Shown here piece by piece: positions 57,315-64,000 of a DNA stretch of 64,000 bases. The translations under genes and the position numbers were made by a program. Source of the stretch: Phaeosaccion multiseriatum (Eukaryota > Protista > Ochrophyta, other classes). The stretch is taken from contig OZ218953.1 in NCBI GenBank assembly GCA_965112735.1, positions 806,001 to 870,000 on the forward strand, written 5' to 3'. Within the stretch, counting starts at the first letter, position 1; every line of letters starts with the position of its first letter. The notes below the pieces were generated by a model. It saw nothing but the letters and a program-made list of their open reading frames with translations. It was not told the DNA's origin and ran no database searches.

Positions 57315-59470
57315 ATGCGGAGACACATGGGTCGCCTCACGGTGCTGGTGTACTTGTGCTGCTGCTTCGTCCTGCCAAGACCTGGCAGCGCATTAAGATT
57401 CGCGGCTCTGAGCCGTAGAAGGCCTTTTAGGGCTGCTGCTTCTGCTGGAGCAAAGGGGGGAGCACTAGGGCAGGGGCGAGGCGGAGCAGAACGAAGAGGA
57501 AGCGCCGCGCTGCGTGCACTTAGGCCAGCAGGCCATGGAAGTGGAGGAGGGGGGCTGACGCGGGCATGGTGGGGACAAGGTGGGGACGTGGGAGGGGAAG
57601 GGGCGGTAGGAGGTGGAGGGGGCGGGGGCCGGCCTCCATCGGGAAGGGGACCTTCCTTCCTGCATGGTGCAGATGATGAGGCCGTCGCGGAAGGGGAAGG
57701 GAAGGGCGGAGGGAAGGATCTTTTGAAGCTCCTGGCGGGTGCGGCAGCGTCCTTGGGCCTGCGGCAGCAGCAGACGAAGGAGCTCTTGGCAATGTCGACT
57801 CTGTTCACCTCCATGTCCATGGTAGCAGGGAGGAGAGGGAGGTACCGGTCTCAGTCGAGGAGGAGGGTTCGAGGCGGGGGCGGCGGCAACAGCCGCAGCA
57901 CCCCAGTGACGGAGTTCCTCATTGCGCTCAACGTGGTGATGTTCCTCTTCCAGTGCAAGTTTCCGGCCATGACCATGGGCGGGGCCAAGATCTCCCAGGC
58001 CATCTTCCGCCACGGGCAGTGGTATCGCCTGGTGACGCCAATGTTCCTGCACGTCAACGTCATGCACCTCGTCACCAACACCTTCAGTCTGTTCAATATC
58101 GGCCCGGCGGTGAGTGAGTGAGTAAGGCAGGGCAGAGGAGGAAGCGAGGAATGACCGAGGGTAGAGGGTTGTGGGGAGGAAGCGGGAGCGGTAAGGGGGG
58201 GCAGAGAGAAGGCACTGGGAAGGACGAGAGCGTGAAGATGCTGCGAGGCAAAGAAAGGAAGGCGGGCGGGCAGGTAGGCCGCCCGGGTCGAGACTGAGCC
58301 TGTTTGGTCACTCATCCATCCATGCGTTCCATGCGTGCCTATCTCCTCCTCCTGTCGGAATGCCTTGGGACACCTGGGCTGTGAGCAAGTTTGGGCTGCG
58401 CTGCCCAACGCCCAAACTTTGCCTTTCTCATTTCAATTGAGTCGACTCCACTCCATCTCTCTTTCCTCTCTGTGTCCCCTCCCCCACACCACCACCACCA
58501 CCACCACCACGACACCACGACCACCCATTTGTGGGCAATCTCCCCACTTTCATTCCCCTCACTTTCATCCGATTAGATCGAGGGCTCCTTCGGCAGCGGG
58601 CGAATGTTGGCCATCTATCTCGCCTCGGGGGTGTGCGGCAACGTCGCCAGCTGTGTAGCGAATCCCAACTCCTTGGGCATCGGCGCCTCAGGTGAGTGGG
58701 TGGGGGGGCAGTCTGGGCTCTACGATAAGGTGCTAGGCTTGTGGGTGGGCGTGTGAAGTGTAAGTTTTGAGATCCTTTGAGATGCTGGGCATTGAATGGA
58801 TGGATGGACGAGATGCTTTGAAATGCTGGGCATTGAATGGATGGATGGACACGATGAAGGAACACTGGCCGTGTGGTTCCACACATTGTTCACTTGTCTC
58901 CTCACCCTCGCTCATGTTACGTCTCCTGCTGCTATGCTGGCTGCCGTGCCTGCCTACCTACCTACTTCCCCATCTATCTACCTGCCTTCGGGGTGGATGT
59001 GACATTGACGGACGGGTGGATGGATGGGATGGATGGATGGATGGATGCGACAAATGACAAACCCAAACCACCAACTCTCCAACTATACAGGCGCCGTATT
59101 CGGCATGCTGGGAGCGATGGGCATGCTCCTCCTGCGCAACTCCAAAGTGTACGGTGATGCGGGCAAGCGCAACCTCTCCTCCCTCGGCAAGACAGTTCTC
59201 ATCAACCTCGCCTTTGGCATGAGCGTCAGAGGAATTGACAACACAGCGCACATTGGGGGCTTCCTTGGGGGGGCCTTTTTGACCTTCATGACGGGACCTC
59301 GCTACATCACCAAGTTTGACGCGTTTGGGCGGCCTCGGCTGGTGGACCAGCCCATCATTGGCACCGGTGCCTTGAAGAGTCTGATGAAGGGGTCGAAGGG
59401 GTCGCAGCCAAGTAGGGTCGGCGGTGGCGGCGGTGGTGCGGGGGCTGGTGGGTGGGAGGACGACTATTGA
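57315..59470 (+). CDS. Rhomboid intramembrane serine protease, probably plastid-targeted, 3 exons
   Basis: GQWYRLVTPMFLHVNVMHL..N, IEGSFG, GIGASG|AVFG (catalytic Ser), DNTAHIGGFLGG (catalytic His). Exons ~57315-58108, 58577-58691, 59091-59470. Signal-peptide-like N-terminus. Confidence 0.9.
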
Positions 59471-59909
59471 GGACGGCTCGGCTTGGTCATTGATGACGGC
59501 TCGGCTTGGCCTGGCTATTGAGGATGACCCCTGACAGCGCAGCTTGGTGTCTGCTGGTACCTTTTGCTGCTGAGGAGAGGTTGGTGGTATTCGTGCTGGT
59601 ATGTATGTATGTATGTATGTATGTATGTATGTATGTATGTATGTGTACGCGTTGGGAGCGACGCCGGGGGCTGTGAGAGGCGTAACAGTAAAGAGAAAGA
59701 GGTGTGTGTGGGCGTATGTGTTTGTTTGTGTGTGTGTGTGCGTGTGTGTGTGTGGCTCATGGAACCCACAGAAGCTTGGGGAGTCGAAGGGTGTGTGTGT
59801 GTGTGTGTGTGTGCTACGCAAGCGAAGGCGGGGAAGCGCAACTATTCCCTGCAACAAGTTCCCCCTCTTTGAACTTCGTTTTCACCACCAGCTTCCTCTC
59901 GGCCGGAGG

Positions 59910-59966
<57 letters not shown>

Positions 59967-61175
59967 GCCTCCTTTCTCCGTACGTTCGCTACGGCCTTCG
60001 ATCTAGCATGAGCATGAACAAAACAAAGGGTGGATTGGGTTTGGGAGAAGCTCCGCAGACCGCAAGGGTATGCAAACACAGGCCAAGGGTGGGCTTTTTC
60101 GTAGCCATTCGCCTGCTTTTGTTCTCCTACCGGGCTGCAGGCCCCCACAGCTTCAGTTTGAGACTTGAGTCACATGCACACACACACACACACCCCTACA
60201 CGTACCTCCTTCGCACGCTTGCCACGTCGCTCCACGTAGAGCACGAACAAAGCAGTGATGGATCGGGTTGGGGGTTTGATCAGGGCCGCAGGGGCCAGCG
60301 AGCAGCAGCCTGAGAGCCTGAAGCAGCTTCAAGCTCGTACTGCTGGTGCCACATTGAGAACCATCAGAGAAGAAGAGTGCCGGTGGTTGTGTACATACAT
60401 ATATATATATATAAAAGAGTTTGCAAAAAAAAAATTGAACCCCTCTCACGGGTCACGGCACCGACGGTGTATGTAGGATTGCCATTCGGAAAACCCAAAA
60501 CAAAAGCACCGTTACTGGCCTCTCTAATCGTTACAAACAAAATCATACACTTCTAGGTTCTATACAATCGACCATGGAATCTTCTCTTCTTTCTCAAAAC
60601 CAATCCGATCATCACGTATCCGTTGTACACACCACGGAACATCAAGTGGCAAAGGGTGAGAAGAGAGAGAGAGAGAGGGAGAGAGAGCCGACAGAGCCCG
60701 CTCCCCGTCTCCAAACCCTCCCTACTTGATTTCCTCTCCGAGACAAATCAAAAGAATAAAGCAAAACAAAACAAAACAATAAAAAAAAAGAAGCTATGAG
60801 GGAGTGGTGCTCCAGCCCTGCCCTTCTCTACCTGTGCTCCGCCAAGCTGTGTGTCCCGCTCCCGTGCTCCTCGAGCGCACACGACCTTCCCAATCTTCAC
60901 CCCAACCTCAACCCCAACCCCGATGGCCGGACAAGAGCCGTCTCTCTGTTGGGGCTTTTGTTCTTTGTTCTTTCTGTTCTTTTCTTCCCCTCTATTCGCA
61001 CAATGCTCCACCCGACTGGGGAAGGAAGCAAAACACACACTCATCTATCAAAAGACATAACACCCGCCCAACCACCCACTCTCACACACGAGCAGCGGCA
61101 GCAACAGCAGCAGCAAGAAGAGGAGGAGCGGCTACAGCGAGCGTCAGTCAGGAGGAGGTCCACCCACCTCCACCC

Positions 61176-62609
61176 TTATGAGGAGGCCCTGTCCATGCCT
61201 GGCTTGGCCATCTCGGTCACCGCCTTGGCACCTCGGCACGTGCACAGCACTCCACGGCCCACCTCGACAATCTCCACAATGTCGAAGCCGAACTTGGTAA
61301 GCACCTCCTTGGCCTCCTCCTTGGTGGTCCACTTGGTGCAGTAACCTTCCGTGGTCTTCATGGTGCACTTCTCAAAGTTGAGCTCGGCCCCGGCAATGTC
61401 GCCGCACAACTGGGGGTTGTTGGAGTAAAAGTGCTGGAGGGCGTCTCCAAAACACCTGCCGTTCCAGAAGCCGATGACAATGATGCCTGTATCTCCGGCC
61501 AGCAGCTTGAGCTGGCGGAAGGTGGCGGGCTTGATGGCGTCGGGAAAGACACCCAGCGTGTTGTTCACGCAGGCCACCACAACCTGTTGTTGTTGAGAGA
61601 GGCCGGTCGGTTCAAGAGGGAGGGGCGGGCGGGGTAGAGAAACACACACACAGAGAGCGAGAGCAAGAGAGAGAGAGAGAGAAGGTGAGTGCAAGTCGTA
61701 TGCGACAAAGGAAGGACGAACAGAAAGTGACAGGGCCAGACACAAGGAAACACTAACTAACAAAAGAAACGAAATGTGGAAGAGGAGGGAGAAGACACAA
61801 GCGACGCACCGGTCTTGATCGGACTCCCGGGGTGTGGGTGTCCAGCTCGTACAGCAGCTCCGTCGCTGAGCCCGTGATGAATCTCGTCTGTAGGTGGGAA
61901 ATTCACACACAGTAAGGAAAAGAGGGAGGGGGGGGGGGCATAACAAGCGTAAGACGAGAAGAAAGCCATCGTGGCAAAAAGTGGACGGAAGGAGGGCATG
62001 GAGCATTGTTCGGAGACAACGACAACACAGAGAAGCGCAAATCAGCACCAGAGCTTTTCTGGGGGGGGATGACGGGGATTGCTTGCTGCTTACCTTGGTG
62101 AGAGCATCCTTGGGCATCTGATTCCGCGCGTACTCGTTGAACTCAGGGTTGATGTCAATGCCCACGGCCTGCTTGTACTCGCTGGCAATGCCCAGAATCA
62201 CGTCTCCCGTGCCAGAGCCCACCTCCACAAGAGAGCACAGCTCGGCCCCGCCGCAGTGCTGCTTGGTGCGGCTGAGGATGAAGGACATTGTATCCTGGAA
62301 CAGCTGGAAGAAGTACGAGCCCTCAAAGTACAGGCTGTCGTGCCACACATCGGCGCTCATGGCGGACCAGTCGCCCTTCTTGGTGAAGGTTTGCTTGGCA
62401 GGGTCCAGGCCCTTGTCATCCTCCCCGGTGGTCTGCTCCTGCAGTTTGGCGATCTTCGCCTTGGCGTCGTCCTTGGCGCTGTTGACCGTCTTCTTGGCAT
62501 CGACCTTGAGATCCTTGACGCCGTGCTGGAGGTCCTTCACCCCGCTCTTGAGGTCCTTCTTAAGGTCCTTGACACCATTCATTCCCTCCTCGTTCTTGAT
62601 GAAATTCAT
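61176..62609 (-). CDS. Class I SAM-dependent methyltransferase, 3 exons, with N-terminal GVKDL heptad-like repeats
   Basis: Motif I LVEVGSGTG, post-I GIDIN, FITGSATEL. Exons ~62094-62609, ~61810-61889, 61176-61583. Confidence 0.82.
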   Translation of the reverse strand: MNFIKNEEGMNGVKDLKKDLKSGVKDLQHGVKDLKVDAKKTVNSAKDDAKAKIAKLQEQTTGEDDKGLDPAKQTFTKKGDWSAMSADVWHDSLYFEGSYFFQLFQDTMSFILSRTKQHCGGAELCSLVEVGSGTGDVILGIASEYKQAVGIDINPEFNEYARNQMPKDALTKVSSKQSPSSPPRKALVLICASLCCRCLRTMLHALLPSTFCHDGFLLVLRLLCPPPLPLFLTVCEFPTYRRDSSRAQRRSCCTSWTPTPRESDQDRCVACVFSLLFHISFLLLVSVSLCLALSLSVRPSFVAYDLHSPSLSLSLALALCVCVSLPRPPLPLEPTGLSQQQQVVVACVNNTLGVFPDAIKPATFRQLKLLAGDTGIIVIGFWNGRCFGDALQHFYSNNPQLCGDIAGAELNFEKCTMKTTEGYCTKWTTKEEAKEVLTKFGFDIVEIVEVGRGVLCTCRGAKAVTEMAKPGMDRASS

Positions 62610-64000
62610 TGTTGCGTGGTGCGGAAAACTAACAAGTTGTCCTGGCCGTCAAATAGTTGGGGTTCTGCATTGGGAGGCACATGAGCGAAGAAACGAGCGC
62701 AAAGGAGCGAGAGGGGATGAGAACAGGCCGTAATAAGTTGGTCTGGTCAATCTGGACCACGACCAGCCCCAGGATCAAAAAGCGAATCCAGACAAAAGTA
62801 CAGCGCAAGTTTCACAGCAACCACGCAGGCGAGAAGCTATCATATAGGCACACAGTCCTCTGCAGATGCAGCCAGTTGCAGCCATCCGCAGCCTCTCGTT
62901 CCAGACGCTATAGACTGATAGTCCGCACACCCAGAGAATGTGCCTCCCCTCTATTTGTGTCTCCCCTCCCCTGACCACCGCCAATGCCATCCCATCCCCC
63001 ACTCATGCACGACTACCAAAGGCTGCGCAAACACCCCCGCTTGCCCGCCCCAGCCCCCGCGCCCCCCTGCCGTCCATTCGCCTCATTCGGTTATTTTCCA
63101 CCACCACATTCCAGGCACACTTTTAAATTTCCCACCGTCCAAGTCCCCAAAAGCACAGCCACAGAGCAGCATCATGTCACATATAAGCAGGACAAGTCCG
63201 CAGCTCTCACCTTTTCTCTCACTACTGTAATGCTTTCTCTCTACCTTCAACAATGTCTGGTTTTAACTGACCCGCCATCCTTGCCACAGAAAAGGACCCC
63301 CGGGGACCGTTGAAGTTGGGTTCTCACACCCAACAACAGGACAGAACTTGCACGTGGAAAAATCTTTGGGAAGTGAGCAAAACACGCCTCCAGAGCCACG
63401 TATTCCAGCAAGAAGGGCATTGATTGCACTTGAGGGGCAAGAAGCAAAGTTACCGTTCACCGTGATCACGATTTTCTCGGGCTCCTTTCTGGCCGCAGGC
63501 TAGCGCTGGCCGGACTCTGCTTCTGGCTGCTCAGGCTGGGACAACAAAAAAAAATAACTGGGTGGGGTGTGTTGGGGGGGGGATGTCTGGGAGTTTTTTT
63601 TCTTCTTTGTTTACACCCAACCAATCAACCAGGATCGTATTTCCAGCTGGTACTGTATTTTCACTCAATTCACTCAACCGTTCTTTTCCCCACCAAGGTG
63701 ATGCTGTCAAATGACTCTCCAGCGCTCGGCTCCTTACATTACGTGCCTGTCCGGGCCAGCTCCTCTGGCCGGTCCTCAGATGCTCCCCCCCCCTCCCCTC
63801 ACCCCCTCCTCAGTCCTGCTGGACTACTCAAACAAGCGACATAGCTACGTAGTACTTACTCCACCACGTGAGGCGCGCTCTGCTCTGCTGCTGCCACTAA
63901 ACTATCTCCCCCCCAAGTCCTCCGCCTGCTGCGGCTACCGTATCACCAACTGCCGCCCGCTGCTGCCCCCTCCTTCGCCTCGCCTCGCCTCGCCAGGCCT

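Noticed and set aside
58779-58855. ~41-bp tandem duplication in a rhomboid intron and 21-bp x3 repeat at 55099-55160
   Set aside because: Ordinary local slippage duplications with no further signal.
59990-60480. Short + strand ORFs between rhomboid and methyltransferase, and ORFs at 18044-18412, 33400-34059 and 63247-63469
   Set aside because: No recognisable domain or consistent splice structure, so they cannot be supported as genes.

Overview
Eukaryotic, intron-rich, microsatellite-saturated genomic DNA. It is probably an ochrophyte/stramenopile alga, inferred from bipartite signal+transit N-termini, WRKY19-like C-x4-C/C-x2-HG repeats and (CCCT)n-filled introns. About 13 protein genes can be reconstructed: PMS2/MutL (runs off the left edge), an intronless F-box-like/FNIP-repeat gene, a Cdc15/SepA/MAP3K-epsilon kinase, THOC3, an intronless bacterial-type alpha/beta hydrolase, two or three intronless hypothetical ORFs, an NFKBIL1-like HPD protein, a WRKY19-like Zn-finger protein, a giant low-complexity C2-domain protein, a CDKC/CDK12-like kinase, a rhomboid protease and a SAM methyltransferase. 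There is also a decayed CRE-like non-LTR retrotransposon remnant with a foldback. Most ORFs in the supplied track are translations of microsatellites or antisense shadows. The most striking unexplained signal is a dispersed DNA word, (GCAG)TTGGTGATAC(AGC). I count at least 19 exact 10-mer copies plus about 14 one-mismatch copies, on both strands, in introns, intergenic DNA and coding exons in three different reading registers (LVIQ, VGDT, VSPT). It behaves like a frame-independent genomic signal (DUS/HIP1/Chi-like) rather than a protein motif. Exon boundaries were read by eye and are approximate.
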